Shown: positions 9,372 through 20,416 of the stretch, one piece after another | Layout of the letters: every line of letters starts with the position of its first letter | Numbering within the stretch: the first letter of the stretch is position 1 | Assembly (NCBI GenBank): GCA_903939515.1 | Contig: CAJAHH010000123.1 | Location: 29,106 to 93,105 of the forward strand | Length of the DNA stretch: 64,000 nucleotides | Direction: 5' to 3' | Source: an uncultured Verrucomicrobiota bacterium | GTDB lineage: Bacteria > Verrucomicrobiota > Verrucomicrobiia > Limisphaerales > UBA9464 | Notes under the pieces: model-generated | Database searches by the model: none | Told to the model about the DNA's origin: nothing | What the model saw: the letters and a program-made list of their open reading frames with translations, nothing else | Made by a program: the position numbers and the translations under genes

Positions 9372-12300
9372 GTCAAAGGCCCTCCAATGACTCTTCAGTC
9401 CATGGGTTGGCGGGCAGGATTGCTCACGCCTTCATCGACTCCAAGCTCACCCCGCTGATTGTGTTCGCCTCGGTGCTGCTTGGGGCCTTCGCGGTTTTGA
9501 TGCTGCCGCGCGAAGAGGAGCCACAAATCCAGGTACCGATGATGGATGTGATGGTCGTCATGCCCGGGTCATCGGCGCGGGAGGTCGAGGAGCGGGCCAC
9601 ACGCCCTATGGAAAAACTGCTCTGGGAGGTGCCTGGAGTGGAGTACCTCTATTCACAATCCAGAGAAGGCGAAGCACTGACAATTGTCCGCTTCAAGGTG
9701 GGCTCTGATCCAGATGCTAGCTTGGTGAAGGTTTCTGAAAAACTTCGGGCCAATCGGGACCGGATGCCGCATGGAGTGGATTTCCCTCTGATCAAGCCTC
9801 GGTCCATCGACGATGTCCCCATTCTGGCGCTGACTTTTCATAGTGGGCGATACGACCACCTGACCCTGCGACGATTGGTCTCGCAGGTAGACGACGCGGT
9901 GAAGCAAGTGCCTTGGGTGGCGGAGACCACCGTCATTGGGGGGGCGCGGCGGGAGTTGCGGGTGCTCTTGGACCCGGCACGCCTGGCCTCCCGCGGACTC
10001 AGCCCCGTGGGAATTATTCCCATGATGCAGCAGGCCAACCGCCAGTTCCGCAGCGGTGAGTTGACCTCGATGAATCAATCGATAGTCATCGAAACCGGCG
10101 CGTTTCTTCAGACCGCTGAGGATGTTCGCAACGTGGTGGTGGGCACAGTGGGTGGTCGGCCGATTTATCTGCGAGAGGTGGCTGAGGTGGTGGATGGCCC
10201 AGAGGAGCCTTCCAATTATGTGTTTTTTGGCGCTGGGCCCGCATCGACGAATGCCCCTTCAACCCGAGAAGAACCCGCCGTCACTTTGGCCATCGGCAAG
10301 CGTCCGGGGGCCAACGCGGTTTCAGTGGCCGAGAATGTTCTGCAGAAGGTTGAGTCGCTGAAAGGAATTGTCATACCGGCGGACGTGACGGTCTCGGTCA
10401 CTCGTCATTACGGTGAGACGGCTGCTGAGAAATCCAATGAGCTCTTGCTTCACATGGGCATCGCGGTGGTCAGCGTGTCCTTGCTGATTTGGCTGACCTT
10501 GGGATGGCGTGAGTCTGGGATCGTGGCTGTAGCCATTCCGGCGACCTTGGCCCTGACGTTGTTGGTCTTCTATTTGTATGGGTTCACGCTGAATCGGATC
10601 ACGCTCTTCGCCTTGATCTTCAGCATCGGTATCCTCGTCGATGATGCCATCGTGGTGGTGGAGAACATCGTTCGGCACTTCCACCTCACCCAGAATAGAA
10701 ACCGCTCGTGGAATACCATCGCCGTCGAGGCGGTCAGCGAGGTGGGAAATCCCACGATCCTGGCGACGTTCGCGGTGATCGCCGCCGTGCTGCCCATGGC
10801 CTTCGTGGGCGGCCTGATGGGGCCCTACATGCGCCCGATCCCCGTTGGGGCTAGCGCCGCCATGTTCTGGTCGCTGCTCATCGCTTTTATCGTCACGCCT
10901 TGGGCTAGCATCCGGATGTTGCGTTGGTTCGGAGGCGAAGCCCGCCTCGCCACCGTGCATGCGGGTGGAGATTCGAGCTCATCAGGCGGCTCCGAAGACG
11001 CATTGACCCGACTTTACCGCAAAGTGATGGATCCGTTGCTTCATCACCCGCTCTGGCAATGGACGTTCCTGGGCATCATCACGGCACTCCTTCTGGGGGC
11101 CATGTCCACAGTCGTGGCGGGTTGGGTGACCATGAAGATGTTGCCCTTCGATAATAAATCGGAGTTCCAGATCATTCTTAATATGCCTGAGGGCAGTTCG
11201 CTGGAGCGCACGGCCCAGGCGGCCCGTGAGATGGCTGCAGCTGTGCGAGATGAGCCCGAGGTGACCGATTACCAGATCTACGTGGGGTTGGCTTCACCGT
11301 TCAATTTTAACGGGTTGGTGCGTCATTATTTTTTGCGGCGGGGACCCGCGGTCGCCGACATCCAGGTCAACTTGGTAGGCAAGCATTCCCGAAAGGCCCA
11401 GAGCCATGACATCGCCAAGCGGATTCGACCTGCGGTGGCCCTGGTGGCTCAGCGGTTCGGGGCCCGAGTGGCCATCGCTGAGGTGCCGCCGGGTCCTCCG
11501 GTTCTCCAGACGCTGGTCGCTGAGATTTATGGACCTGACGATGCGGCCCGAGCGGTGCTGGCGGAGCAGGTAAGGTCCATCTTCCAGTCGACACCGGGCG
11601 TCGTCGATGTGGATTGGTACGAGGAGGCTGATCAACCCAAAACCCGCTTCGTCATCGACAAAGAAAAAGCCGCGCTCGTTGGCATCAGTGCCGAGACCAT
11701 TTCCAAGACCCTGCACATCGCGGTGGGTGGTGAGTCGGTGGATTTGTTGCACGTGCCGCGGGAGAAGGAGGACGTCAACCTAGTCCTCCAGTTACCGCGC
11801 TCGGCCCGGGTTCGGCCGGAGGAGTTATTGGCCCTGCGGGTCCGCAGTGGCGATGCCAATGCCCTGCCCGAGCCGGGCGGGACACAGGTGGGTCCATCCC
11901 TGGTGCCCCTTCGGGAGTTGGTCCGCATCGAGAAGGGGTTTGTCGAAAAGAGTCGGCATCGCAAGAATCTGGTGCCCGTAAATTATGTGATCGGTGATGT
12001 GGCCGGAGTCATCGAGAGCCCCGTGTACGCCATTGCAGCGATGAACAAGAAACTGGAGGCGCTGCCGGGGAAGCCCCGCATTCACAATGCCTCGATGCCC
12101 ATCTCGGATGCGGATCCCGCCATCAAATGGGATGGCGAGTGGCACATCACGCTGGAGGTATTCCGGGATCTGGGTATCGCCTTCGCTGCGGTGCTGGTGC
12201 TTATTTACGTGCTCATGGTGGGGTGGTTTCGGTCGTTCCTGACCCCGTTGTTGGTGATGCTGGCCATCCCGTTTTCTCTAGTCGGAATATTACCGGCCCA

Positions 12301-12667
12301 TGGGGCCATGGGGGCGTTTTTCACTGCCACTTCCATGATTGGGTTCATGGCGGGGGCGGGGATCGTCGTCCGCAATTCGATCATCCTGGTGGATTTCATC
12401 GAGCAAGGCCTGCGTGACGGGATGCCGTTAGATCAGGCAGTGATCGAGGCGGGCGCGGTCCGGTTTCGGCCTATGGTGCTGACAGCGGCTGCGGTGATCG
12501 TTGGTGCGGCGGTGATCCTGGCCGATCCGATCTTCCAGGGGTTGGCCATCTCCTTAATGGCCGGCGAGGTTGCTTCATTGCTCATCAGCCGTATGGCGGT
12601 GCCGGTACTTTACTTCATGGCGCATCGCCGATCGAAGTCTGAGATGAGTCGGTCAAAGCCGCTTTGA
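9368..12667 (+). CDS. Efflux RND transporter permease (AcrB/CzcA superfamily)
   Basis: 1099 aa. Two blocks of transmembrane helices flank large periplasmic loops. Motif [20 protein letters not shown]. Confidence 0.9.
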   Translation: MSQRPSNDSSVHGLAGRIAHAFIDSKLTPLIVFASVLLGAFAVLMLPREEEPQIQVPMMDVMVVMPGSSAREVEERATRPMEKLLWEVPGVEYLYSQSREGEALTIVRFKVGSDPDASLVKVSEKLRANRDRMPHGVDFPLIKPRSIDDVPILALTFHSGRYDHLTLRRLVSQVDDAVKQVPWVAETTVIGGARRELRVLLDPARLASRGLSPVGIIPMMQQANRQFRSGELTSMNQSIVIETGAFLQTAEDVRNVVVGTVGGRPIYLREVAEVVDGPEEPSNYVFFGAGPASTNAPSTREEPAVTLAIGKRPGANAVSVAENVLQKVESLKGIVIPADVTVSVTRHYGETAAEKSNELLLHMGIAVVSVSLLIWLTLGWRESGIVAVAIPATLALTLLVFYLYGFTLNRITLFALIFSIGILVDDAIVVVENIVRHFHLTQNRNRSWNTIAVEAVSEVGNPTILATFAVIAAVLPMAFVGGLMGPYMRPIPVGASAAMFWSLLIAFIVTPWASIRMLRWFGGEARLATVHAGGDSSSSGGSEDALTRLYRKVMDPLLHHPLWQWTFLGIITALLLGAMSTVVAGWVTMKMLPFDNKSEFQIILNMPEGSSLERTAQAAREMAAAVRDEPEVTDYQIYVGLASPFNFNGLVRHYFLRRGPAVADIQVNLVGKHSRKAQSHDIAKRIRPAVALVAQRFGARVAIAEVPPGPPVLQTLVAEIYGPDDAARAVLAEQVRSIFQSTPGVVDVDWYEEADQPKTRFVIDKEKAALVGISAETISKTLHIAVGGESVDLLHVPREKEDVNLVLQLPRSARVRPEELLALRVRSGDANALPEPGGTQVGPSLVPLRELVRIEKGFVEKSRHRKNLVPVNYVIGDVAGVIESPVYAIAAMNKKLEALPGKPRIHNASMPISDADPAIKWDGEWHITLEVFRDLGIAFAAVLVLIYVLMVGWFRSFLTPLLVMLAIPFSLVGILPAHGAMGAFFTATSMIGFMAGAGIVVRNSIILVDFIEQGLRDGMPLDQAVIEAGAVRFRPMVLTAAAVIVGAAVILADPIFQGLAISLMAGEVASLLISRMAVPVLYFMAHRRSKSEMSRSKPL

Positions 12668-12786
12668 CGGGCCTGCAGGAGCGGTGGGGAGGCGAGGGCG
12701 GCGATGTCGACTAAAGGCATCCCCGGTAACCTCCAAGGGCTTCGGCCCAAGCCTCAGTCGCGGCCGAGCTGAGTTCCCAGACTTGA

Positions 12787-15648
12787 ATGGGTGCGAGAAC
12801 ACTACTCCAGATTCTTGACTCACTGGGGCCTCGGCCAGAACGTCGTCTCATGCCACGCCCAAATCCCCAGTCCGGAGGAAAAACTCTGAAAGGGGGGAGA
12901 GTGCGTTTTCATCTGGGCACTGCCGGGTGGGATCGATGGCTTCGGTGCGCTCAGAAGCTCATCATCATTGGATGCCTCGCGGCCAGTTTCAAGGGGTCGG
13001 CTGCCGAGGTTCCAGTGGGCGGGACCGAAGTATGGTGGGCCTTCCGGCCTGTGGCCTCACCGCCGGTTCCTCAGGGGGCTAGCCCAAAGAACCTCGGGCC
13101 TGAGAATCCAATCGATGCGTTCGTTCGCCGAAGTCTCTCAGCCAAGTCGCTGAGTTTGAGTCCGCAGGCCAGCCCACGGGAACTACTGCGCCGCCTCCAC
13201 ATCGACCTGGTTGGATTACCTCCCACGCCCGAGGAGACGGCCGCCTTTGAGCGTGACGTTTCTCCGGAGGCCTGGGCTCGACGGGTCGATGCATTGCTAG
13301 CAAGTCCTCGCTATGGGGAGCGGTGGGGGCGTCATTGGTTGGATGTTGTTCGATTTGCTCAGAGCAATGGCTATGAGCGGGATGGTGAAAAACGGGAGGC
13401 CTGGCGCTACCGCGATTACGTCATCCGGGCCTTCAATCAGGACAAGCCCTACGACCGCTTCATTCGAGAACAAATCGCCGGTGATGAATGGGCACCGAGT
13501 CTGGTGACTGCAACCGGTGGAGCGGGAGACGCCTGGAAAGACGCGGTGGTCGCCACCGGATTTTTGCGACTGGGTGTCCATGACGACGAGCCGGATGACA
13601 AACTCCAGGCCGAGTTCGACGAACTGGATGACATTGTTGGGACCACTGGAGCCGCGTTCCTTGGGATGACCGTCGCGTGTGCCCGATGCCACGACCACAA
13701 ATTTGACCCCATTCCCCAGCGCGATTACTACGCGATGCTGGCCATCTTCCGCCCGCTTCATGTCGGAGTGAGCGGGGGACCTGGCCTCGAATCGCCGTTG
13801 TTCGCCCCATTGGCCGCCCCGGCTCAAATTGCCGATTGGAAGGCCTCCCAAGAACGTCAGCGCCGCGACTTGGAGACCCAACGAGCGGCTTCGACCGACG
13901 AGGCGACCCGCAAGGTTCTCAGCCGACGCCTCGAGGCGCTCTCGAAGACCGAACCGCCCTTCGAATGGGCTCTGGCGGCCCGTGAACAGGCCGGACCGGC
14001 GACGCCCGTGCAAGTGCTCGCCCGCGGTAATCCCCGGTCTCCGGGAGCGGAGGTGTCGCCTGGATTTTTGAGGGCGGCGGGTGGAGGGGATGCTCCGGTC
14101 GGGAAGGCGGGATTGCCTACGGCCAACCGCCGTCAGGCCTTGGCTGACTGGATCGCCAGCCCCGCCAACCCGCTGACGGCCCGGGTTCTGGTGAACCGGA
14201 TTTGGCATCACCACTTCGGTCGGGGATTGGTCCGAACCACGACAGACTTTGGGCGCGTGGGCAGCCTTCCGACGCACCCAGAGCTCTTAGACTGGTTAGC
14301 GGTCGAGTTCGTCCGTCAGGGATGGTCTCTCAAGGCGCTTCACCGCCTCATCCTGACCTCGGCCACCTGGATGCAATCGTCGCGGATTCCGAATCCGGCG
14401 GCGTTCGAGGCCGATCCGGCCAATGAACTGCTTTGGCGCCAGAACTTACGACGCCTCGACGCCGAGGCCCTCCGAGACACGCTACTTTCGGTCTCTGGCT
14501 CGTTGAATTTAGAGACGGGTGGGCGAGGGTTTTTCCCGGCGCTCAGTGGCGAGGTGTTGGCGGGCGGATCACGGCCGGGCACCGACTGGCAAGTGTCCGG
14601 CCCGGGTGAGCGGGCCCGACGCAGTGTCTACGCGTACATCCGGCGCACCTCCATGGTGCCTATGTTTGAGGCTTTTGATTACAGCAACGCCACCTCGCCA
14701 TTGTCCGAACGCCCCACTACCACGGTCGCTCCGCAGGCCCTGATGCTCTTGAATGACGCCTTTGTTCAGGAGCAGGCGGGCGCGCTGGCCCATCGGGTGC
14801 GGAGGGCTGGCGGACCGGGCGCGAGCGATGGGTTACTCTTGCAGCAGGCCTGGACTCGAGTCACAGGCCGAACGCCCCAGCCCGAGGAGGTAGCCCAGAT
14901 GTCTGAATTCCTGTCCCGTCAGACGACGGTGTGGGAGGGGCTGCGCCACCGCTTGTCATTCCGGCCCGATGTGCCCGACACCTTGTCCGTGCCTTATTTC
15001 AACGCGCTTCCGGCCGAGCGCTTCCTGGTACCGCCCAGTCCTGGGTGGGAATCTTACAAGGGTCGCTGGCCCCGCGAGTACGAGGGCAACAAGGCTCTGG
15101 AGCCCGGGCGGGGGGCTTTCGCGCTTTGGCGCGGCACCACGATGAGCGACGGAGAACTGACCGTGGACCTTGTGCCTCAGGTGGGTTGTTCGCAGGTGAG
15201 CCTCCTCATGCGTTGTTCAGTTCTACCCGGCGAGTCTGACGAGAGTGGGTTGGAATTGGTCTTTGAGCCACGGGAGGGCCGCCTGGTTGTGCGCCAACTG
15301 ACCGCCACCTCGGCAGTCCCGATCGCCTCCTGCGGCGGTGTTTTCCTTCGGGGCGATCGATTGCCTGTCCGCATCCGCCTTGAAGGGGATCGTTTGGCAG
15401 TTTTTCTGGGCGACGAACCCGCACCGAAATTGCAGGCCATGGCCCGATCGGGAGGGCCGGCTTCCGGGCGTCTGGGCGTCCGTGCTTGGGGATCGGGTGT
15501 CAGCCTCGACCAATTCCGTTGGACGCCTTTGGGCGGTGTGACCCAGCCCCTCTGGCCTGAACTCCCCCACGATTGGGCCCGTCACCGGGCTTTTGAGAGC
15601 GCCTGTCTCCTCCTGCTTAACCTCAACGAAGTGGCCTATGTCGACTAA
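12787..15648 (+). CDS. DUF1549/DUF1553 (PSCyt2/PSD1) protein with C-terminal LamG/concanavalin-like extension
   Basis: [57 protein letters not shown] and NPLTARVLVNRIWHHHFGRGLV. The C-terminal ~200 aa are beta-rich. The start is uncertain (alternative ATG at 12850). Confidence 0.9.
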   Translation: MGARTLLQILDSLGPRPERRLMPRPNPQSGGKTLKGGRVRFHLGTAGWDRWLRCAQKLIIIGCLAASFKGSAAEVPVGGTEVWWAFRPVASPPVPQGASPKNLGPENPIDAFVRRSLSAKSLSLSPQASPRELLRRLHIDLVGLPPTPEETAAFERDVSPEAWARRVDALLASPRYGERWGRHWLDVVRFAQSNGYERDGEKREAWRYRDYVIRAFNQDKPYDRFIREQIAGDEWAPSLVTATGGAGDAWKDAVVATGFLRLGVHDDEPDDKLQAEFDELDDIVGTTGAAFLGMTVACARCHDHKFDPIPQRDYYAMLAIFRPLHVGVSGGPGLESPLFAPLAAPAQIADWKASQERQRRDLETQRAASTDEATRKVLSRRLEALSKTEPPFEWALAAREQAGPATPVQVLARGNPRSPGAEVSPGFLRAAGGGDAPVGKAGLPTANRRQALADWIASPANPLTARVLVNRIWHHHFGRGLVRTTTDFGRVGSLPTHPELLDWLAVEFVRQGWSLKALHRLILTSATWMQSSRIPNPAAFEADPANELLWRQNLRRLDAEALRDTLLSVSGSLNLETGGRGFFPALSGEVLAGGSRPGTDWQVSGPGERARRSVYAYIRRTSMVPMFEAFDYSNATSPLSERPTTTVAPQALMLLNDAFVQEQAGALAHRVRRAGGPGASDGLLLQQAWTRVTGRTPQPEEVAQMSEFLSRQTTVWEGLRHRLSFRPDVPDTLSVPYFNALPAERFLVPPSPGWESYKGRWPREYEGNKALEPGRGAFALWRGTTMSDGELTVDLVPQVGCSQVSLLMRCSVLPGESDESGLELVFEPREGRLVVRQLTATSAVPIASCGGVFLRGDRLPVRIRLEGDRLAVFLGDEPAPKLQAMARSGGPASGRLGVRAWGSGVSLDQFRWTPLGGVTQPLWPELPHDWARHRAFESACLLLLNLNEVAYVD

Positions 15649-17125
15649 CTCCCGCCCTCAGAACCAGCCCGTTTGCTCAGGTTCGCGCCGCGATTTTTTG
15701 GCTCAGTTCGGTGCAGGCTTCACCAGCTTGGCTCTCTCCGGAATGCTCGAGGCCGACGGGTTCTTTGCGCGCCCCGACGTGGCAGCCAGCGTGTCGTCAG
15801 ATCCGATGCGCGTGAAACCGCCCCATCTTCCGACGAAGGCCAAGGCCTGCATTTTTCTCTTCATGTACGGAGGTCCCTCGCAAATGGACCTCTTCGACTA
15901 CAAGCCGGAATTGAACCGTCGCCACGGTCAGACTGCGTCGCTCGAACAGCGCCGCCGCGACGTGAAGCCTGGAACCTTGCTCGGTTCCAAGCGGACGTTC
16001 CGTCAGTGCGGTCAGTCGGGTTTGTGGTGCAGCGATGTGCTGCCGCATCTCTCGGCGCACATGGACAAGTTGGCTGTCATCAAGTCGCTCTACGCCGACT
16101 CCTTCGCCCACGGCTCGGCCATGATCCAGATGAACAGCGGGCGGGTGTTGCAAGGGTGGCCGTCGATGGGTTCCTGGATGTCCTATGGTCTGGGCTCAGC
16201 CAACGCCAACTTGCCGGGCTACGTGGTGATGCTCGATCCGCGCGGCGGACCCATTAGTGGTTCGGCCAATTGGTCCAGCGGATTCATGCCTGCCGCTTAC
16301 CAGGGGACCGTGTTCCGGGCTTCGGGAAATCCCATCCTGAACTTGGATCCGGCGGACGGCTCACCGACCGAGGTTCAGCGTGACACCATCTCCACCCTCA
16401 ACGCTCTTAATGCCGGGCACTTGGCCTCGCGTCCCGGGTTCAGTGAACTGCAGGCCCGAATCGCGAGCTACGAACTGGCCTTTAAACTCCAGCGCAGCGC
16501 CCCGGATGCCCTCGACTTGTCTCAGGAATCGGCCGCCACTTTGGAGAACTACGGCGTAAACCAGTCGCGCCCCGACGATCACCCGCTAGCCCTCGGGCCC
16601 GCGCCCTTCGGTCGTCAATGCCTTATCGCCCGGCGACTGGTCGAGCGGGGTGTTCGCTTTATTCAGATTTACCACGGCGGCGGACATCAGCAGCAGAACT
16701 GGGATGCCCACAACGGCGTGGAGGAAAACCTCCGCATCCATGGGCCGGAAATCGACCGCCCGATCGCTGCCCTCTTGGCCGATCTCGAGCAACGGGGGCT
16801 CCTCGATTCGACGTTGATCGTTTGGGGCGGCGAGTTTGGCCGGCAGGCTGTCTCGCAGGGCGGCAACGGCGGCCGCGACCACAATCCCAAAGGTTTCACG
16901 TACTGGATGGCCGGCGGGGGCGTCCGTGGCGGTACCAGCTATGGCGAGACCGACGAACTGGGCCACGAGGCCGCCGTGGATCGTCATCACATCCGCGACT
17001 TGCACGCCACCATCTTGCACCTCATGGGGCTGGATCCCCAGCGGCTCACGTATTTTTACGGCGGTCTCGACCAGAAACTCACCGGCGTGGTGGAGCCTGA
17101 GGTCATCCGGCGTATCTTGGCCTAG
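15638..17125 (+). CDS. DUF1501 domain-containing protein, TAT signal
   Basis: MSTNSRPQNQPVCSGSRRDFLAQFGAGF twin-arginine leader. ACIFLFMYGGPSQMDLFDYKP, GGEFGRQ and GGRDHNPKGFTYWMAGGG. ATG 15638 overlaps the upstream stop (15646-48) by 11 nt. Confidence 0.9.
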   Translation: MSTNSRPQNQPVCSGSRRDFLAQFGAGFTSLALSGMLEADGFFARPDVAASVSSDPMRVKPPHLPTKAKACIFLFMYGGPSQMDLFDYKPELNRRHGQTASLEQRRRDVKPGTLLGSKRTFRQCGQSGLWCSDVLPHLSAHMDKLAVIKSLYADSFAHGSAMIQMNSGRVLQGWPSMGSWMSYGLGSANANLPGYVVMLDPRGGPISGSANWSSGFMPAAYQGTVFRASGNPILNLDPADGSPTEVQRDTISTLNALNAGHLASRPGFSELQARIASYELAFKLQRSAPDALDLSQESAATLENYGVNQSRPDDHPLALGPAPFGRQCLIARRLVERGVRFIQIYHGGGHQQQNWDAHNGVEENLRIHGPEIDRPIAALLADLEQRGLLDSTLIVWGGEFGRQAVSQGGNGGRDHNPKGFTYWMAGGGVRGGTSYGETDELGHEAAVDRHHIRDLHATILHLMGLDPQRLTYFYGGLDQKLTGVVEPEVIRRILA

Positions 17126-17185
17126 CTGAGTTTGGACCGGTCTGGTTTCGCTCAGAACGGGTCAGAACGGGTAGGATCGCCGGTT

Positions 17186-17226
17186 AAAAAACAAAAAACC
17201 CTCGGAAACGTAATGTTTCCGAGGGT
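17186..17226. terminator. Bidirectional intrinsic terminator hairpin
   Basis: CCCTCGGAAAC-GTAA-TGTTTCCGAGGG stem-loop. An A-run lies on the left (a T-run on the minus strand, TTTTTTGTTTTTT) and TTTTA on the right. It sits between the convergent DUF1501(+) gene and the tRNAs(-). Confidence 0.6.
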
Positions 17227-17232
17227 TTTAAA

Positions 17233-17307
17233 TGGCGACCCCACGGGGAATCGAACCCCGGTTACTGCCGTGAAAGGGCGGTGTCCTAACCGCTAGACGA
17301 TGGGGTC
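17233..17307 (-). tRNA. tRNA-Glu (anticodon UUC)
   Basis: Reverse complement GACCCCATCGTCTAGCGGTTAGGACACCGCCCTTTCACGGCAGTAACCGGGGTTCGATTCCCCGTGGGGTCGCCA. It folds as a cloverleaf with anticodon loop CTTTCAC and an encoded CCA. Confidence 0.9.
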
Positions 17308-17390
17308 TAAAAGAGCGGCGTGTCTTTCGCAGACTATCGCCATAATTGTCACGCTATAAATTCGTGCTTTAAATTTACGCCATAAATAAC

Positions 17391-17465
17391 TGGTGGGTCG
17401 GCAGGGATTTGAACCCTGGACCAACGGCTTAAAAGGCCGCTGCTCTACCGCTGAGCTACCGACCC
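17391..17465 (-). tRNA. tRNA-Lys (anticodon UUU)
   Basis: Reverse complement GGGTCGGTAGCTCAGCGGTAGAGCAGCGGCCTTTTAAGCCGTTGGTCCAGGGTTCAAATCCCTGCCGACCCACCA. Acceptor stem GGGTCGG/CCGACCC, anticodon loop CTTTTAA, encoded CCA. Confidence 0.9.
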
Positions 17466-17720
17466 GCCATAAAGCGGATGCGCAAGGTATCGGGCTCAGT
17501 GTCGGCGGCAAGGAGTCTTTTCAGAAGACTTTGTAATAATGCGTGGGCAGCGGCAGTCGGAGGGTCTCTTTCGAGGGTTCGGGTGGGGTTTCTCGAAGGG
17601 GTCTTCGGCATCATGCCGTGAGCGATGCATAGTTCGTGATAAAATTTATCCGAGTTTCTGGGAGGCAAGCTTGACGCAGAGGGCTGAATTTCGGACCAAG
17701 AGTGTCGTCACTTCCCAGTC

Positions 17721-19022
17721 ATGAATTCACCACTCGAGAACCGCCGGGACTTTCTCAAGTCCAGTTCAACCGCCGCAGCCCTGTCATTTGCCGCGCCGGC
17801 CCTGCTGATGCGAGATCGCGCCTTTGCCGCCAACTCCGACACCCTTCGCATCGGCCTTGTGGGCTGCGGCGGGCGTGGCACCGGTGCCGCCGGCAATGCG
17901 CTGGAGGCCGACAAGAACTTGGTCCTCGTGGCCATGGGCGATGCCTTTGAGGATCAGATGAAGCAGAGCCACTCCAGCCTGGACAAGCAGTTCCCCGGCC
18001 GCGTGCAGGTGGAGCCCTCCAAGCGCTTCGTCGGTCTCGACGCCTACCAGAAGGTGATCGACGCCGGTGTGGACGTGGTGTTGCTGGCCTCGCCTCCGGG
18101 ATTCCGTCCCGCCCACTTGCGTTATGCGGTCGAGAAGAAGAAGCACATCTTCTGCGAGAAGCCGATGGCCACTGACAGCGCCGGCATCCGTCACGTGATG
18201 GAGTCGGTCCGCATGTCCAAGGAAGCCAAGCTCAACTTGGTGGCGGGCTACTGCTGGCGCTATTCCTTCCCGCAGCAGGAGTTCTTCAAGCGCATCAACG
18301 AAGGCGAGATCGGTGAGGTCTTGGCCATGTACGGCACCTACCTGACCGGCCCCGTGAAGCCGATGCAGTCTCCCGCGCAGCGCAAAGACGGCGTGGGCGA
18401 TCTCGAGTGGCAGATGCGCAACTGGATGAACTTCACCTGGCTAGCCGGCGACGGCTACGTCGAGCAGTGCATCCACACCGTAGACAAGATGATGTGGGCC
18501 TTCGGTGACAAGCCGCCGGCCAAGGTCGTCGCCAACGGCGGACGCGTGCACCCGAACTACGAGGGCAACATTTTCGATCACATGACGGCCACCTACGAGT
18601 GGGCCAATGGTGCTCGGGGTGTCATCGCTCAGCGTCAGATCGCCAACTGCTACAGCGACAACAGCGACTACTTGCTCGGCGGCAAAGGCAAGGGATGGAA
18701 CGGATGGTCCAACTCCTATTTCAAGAATGCCGATGGTTCCAACGGTTGGCGTTATCGCGGTGAGAAGCCCGACATGTACGTGGTGGAGCACCAGCACCTC
18801 TACAAGGCCATCCGCAACGGTGAGCTGCACAATGACGGTGACCGTATGGTGAACAGCACGCTGGCTGGCATCATGGGACGCTTGGCCGCCTACACCGGTC
18901 AGGAAGTGACCTGGGAGCAGGCCCTGAACTCTCAGATCAAGCTCGTTCCGGACAACTTGTCCTGGGACATGAAGCTGCCGATCGAGCCGTTGCCGGTTCC
19001 GGGCAAGACCAAATTGTCCTGA
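17721..19022 (+). CDS. Gfo/Idh/MocA family oxidoreductase with TAT signal
   Basis: RRDFLKSSSTAAALSFAAPALL leader and Rossmann motif LRIGLVGCGGRGTGAA over 433 aa. Confidence 0.85.
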   Translation: MNSPLENRRDFLKSSSTAAALSFAAPALLMRDRAFAANSDTLRIGLVGCGGRGTGAAGNALEADKNLVLVAMGDAFEDQMKQSHSSLDKQFPGRVQVEPSKRFVGLDAYQKVIDAGVDVVLLASPPGFRPAHLRYAVEKKKHIFCEKPMATDSAGIRHVMESVRMSKEAKLNLVAGYCWRYSFPQQEFFKRINEGEIGEVLAMYGTYLTGPVKPMQSPAQRKDGVGDLEWQMRNWMNFTWLAGDGYVEQCIHTVDKMMWAFGDKPPAKVVANGGRVHPNYEGNIFDHMTATYEWANGARGVIAQRQIANCYSDNSDYLLGGKGKGWNGWSNSYFKNADGSNGWRYRGEKPDMYVVEHQHLYKAIRNGELHNDGDRMVNSTLAGIMGRLAAYTGQEVTWEQALNSQIKLVPDNLSWDMKLPIEPLPVPGKTKLS

Positions 19023-19036
19023 GACCGCATTGAGGC

Positions 19037-19070
19037 GACCGGCTGGGTGGATATTGAAGCCCAGCCGGTC
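19037..19070 (+). terminator. Stem-loop downstream of the oxidoreductase gene (no U-tract)
   Basis: GACCGGCTGGG-12 nt loop-CCCAGCCGGTC, an 11-bp perfect stem 15 nt after the stop. No T-run follows, so its function is uncertain. Confidence 0.3.
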
Positions 19071-19209
19071 CCTGCTTCGGTGAGTTTCCGCTTCGGCGAC
19101 CTCGTGCCGAAGTCGGCATCTCGGTCTGATAATCCTTTTCGTTCTGATAGTCTATTTGCCGCGTCTTCGTTCTACCCGTTCCCTGTTCCTTCAGAACCCG
19201 CACCCTGCC

Positions 19210-20091
19210 ATGAATCGCCGTGATTTTCTCCACACCGCTGCCCTCCTAGGAGCTTCGTTGCCCGCCTTCGCGCAGACCCAGACCGCTCCTAAGCGCAAGA
19301 TTCTCAAGGGGATCATGTGGGGCACCGTTGGGGTTCCTGGTTCGGTGATGCAGAAAATGGAGGCGGTCAAGGCGGCGGGCTTTGACGGGGTGGAGCCGAT
19401 GGGCGGCATGGACAATGCCGAGATGAACGCCGCCCTGAAGGCCACCGGTCTCAAGGCCGGTTCCGTGTGTTGCCATACGCACTGGGCCAAGCCGCTGTCC
19501 GACCCGAATCCGGCCGTTCGCGAGGTCGGGGTCGAGGGCCTTAAGCTGTCGCTGCGCGATGCCAAGGCCTACGGCGCTCCGGCGGTGCTGCTGGTGCCCG
19601 CCGTCGTCAATGCGTCCATTAGTTATGCCGACGCGTACACCCGCTCCCAAGCCGAGATTCGCAAGGTGGTGCCGCTGGCCGAGGAGTTGGGTGTGAAGAT
19701 TGCCATCGAAAACGTCTGGAACAATTTTCTCCTGAGCCCCCTCGAGGCCGCCCGCTATATCGATGAATTCAAGAGCCCCATGGTGGGCTGGCACCTCGAT
19801 GTCGGTAACCTCATCCACTACGGATGGCCCGAACAGTGGGTTCGCATCTTGGGCAAGCGCATCGCGACGCTGCACATCAAGGAGTACAGCCGGACTAAGT
19901 CTGACAAGCAGGGCAAGTGGGCGGGCTTCGATGCCGAATTTCTCAAGGGCGACAACAACTGGCCCGCGGTCATGAAGGCCATCGACGAGATCGGTTATCA
20001 TGGGTGGGGCATCGCCGAACAGGGAGGCGCTGGCTCTCCGGAGGGGCTCAAGAAGCTCTCCACCGAGATGGATCAGATCTTCGCTTCCTGA
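19210..20091 (+). CDS. Sugar phosphate isomerase/epimerase (xylose-isomerase-like TIM barrel) with TAT signal
   Basis: MNRRDFLHTAALLGASLPAFA from ATG 19210. Motifs IAIENVWNNFL, HLDVGNL and HIKEY. Confidence 0.8.
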   Translation: MNRRDFLHTAALLGASLPAFAQTQTAPKRKILKGIMWGTVGVPGSVMQKMEAVKAAGFDGVEPMGGMDNAEMNAALKATGLKAGSVCCHTHWAKPLSDPNPAVREVGVEGLKLSLRDAKAYGAPAVLLVPAVVNASISYADAYTRSQAEIRKVVPLAEELGVKIAIENVWNNFLLSPLEAARYIDEFKSPMVGWHLDVGNLIHYGWPEQWVRILGKRIATLHIKEYSRTKSDKQGKWAGFDAEFLKGDNNWPAVMKAIDEIGYHGWGIAEQGGAGSPEGLKKLSTEMDQIFAS

Positions 20092-20416
20092 AGTCGGAGG
20101 CCGGAACGGCTTTTGACCGCTACAGCGCCCCGCGGACTCGGCAATGGGCGCAAGGTTTGATCTCGGGGCAGGGGTGCTGATTGTCGGAAAGGATTGTGGA
20201 AGCTGAGCGGTGGCTTCGGCTGCGGCTCAAGGATGAATCTTTGGATGCTTTCGAACCCTTTGACGCATTTGGGACTTTCAGCGGAGTCGTGATGCTCGAC
20301 CGCCGACAAATCCCGTTTCGAAGGCTCGGGACCACGAGTAGAGGAATTGAACAACCCTGAACAACCCTCACAGACGTCGGACAGATTTTCGGATTTCATC
20401 ACTTCACTTCATCGCC

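Noticed and set aside
13297-14277. 326-aa minus-strand ORF inside the DUF1549/DUF1553 gene
   Set aside because: The sense-strand gene has multiple canonical motifs. The antisense translation is Arg/Gly/Pro-rich.
17126-17720. tRNA-adjacent integration site or genomic island
   Set aside because: There is no integrase, no direct repeat of either tRNA 3' end, and the flanking genes are typical PVC chromosomal genes.
20349-20368. Tandem GAACAACCCT x2 upstream of the 1199-aa gene, and similarly TCAGAACGGG x2 at 17152-17171
   Set aside because: Each has only two units of 10 nt and is expected by chance. There is no further structure.
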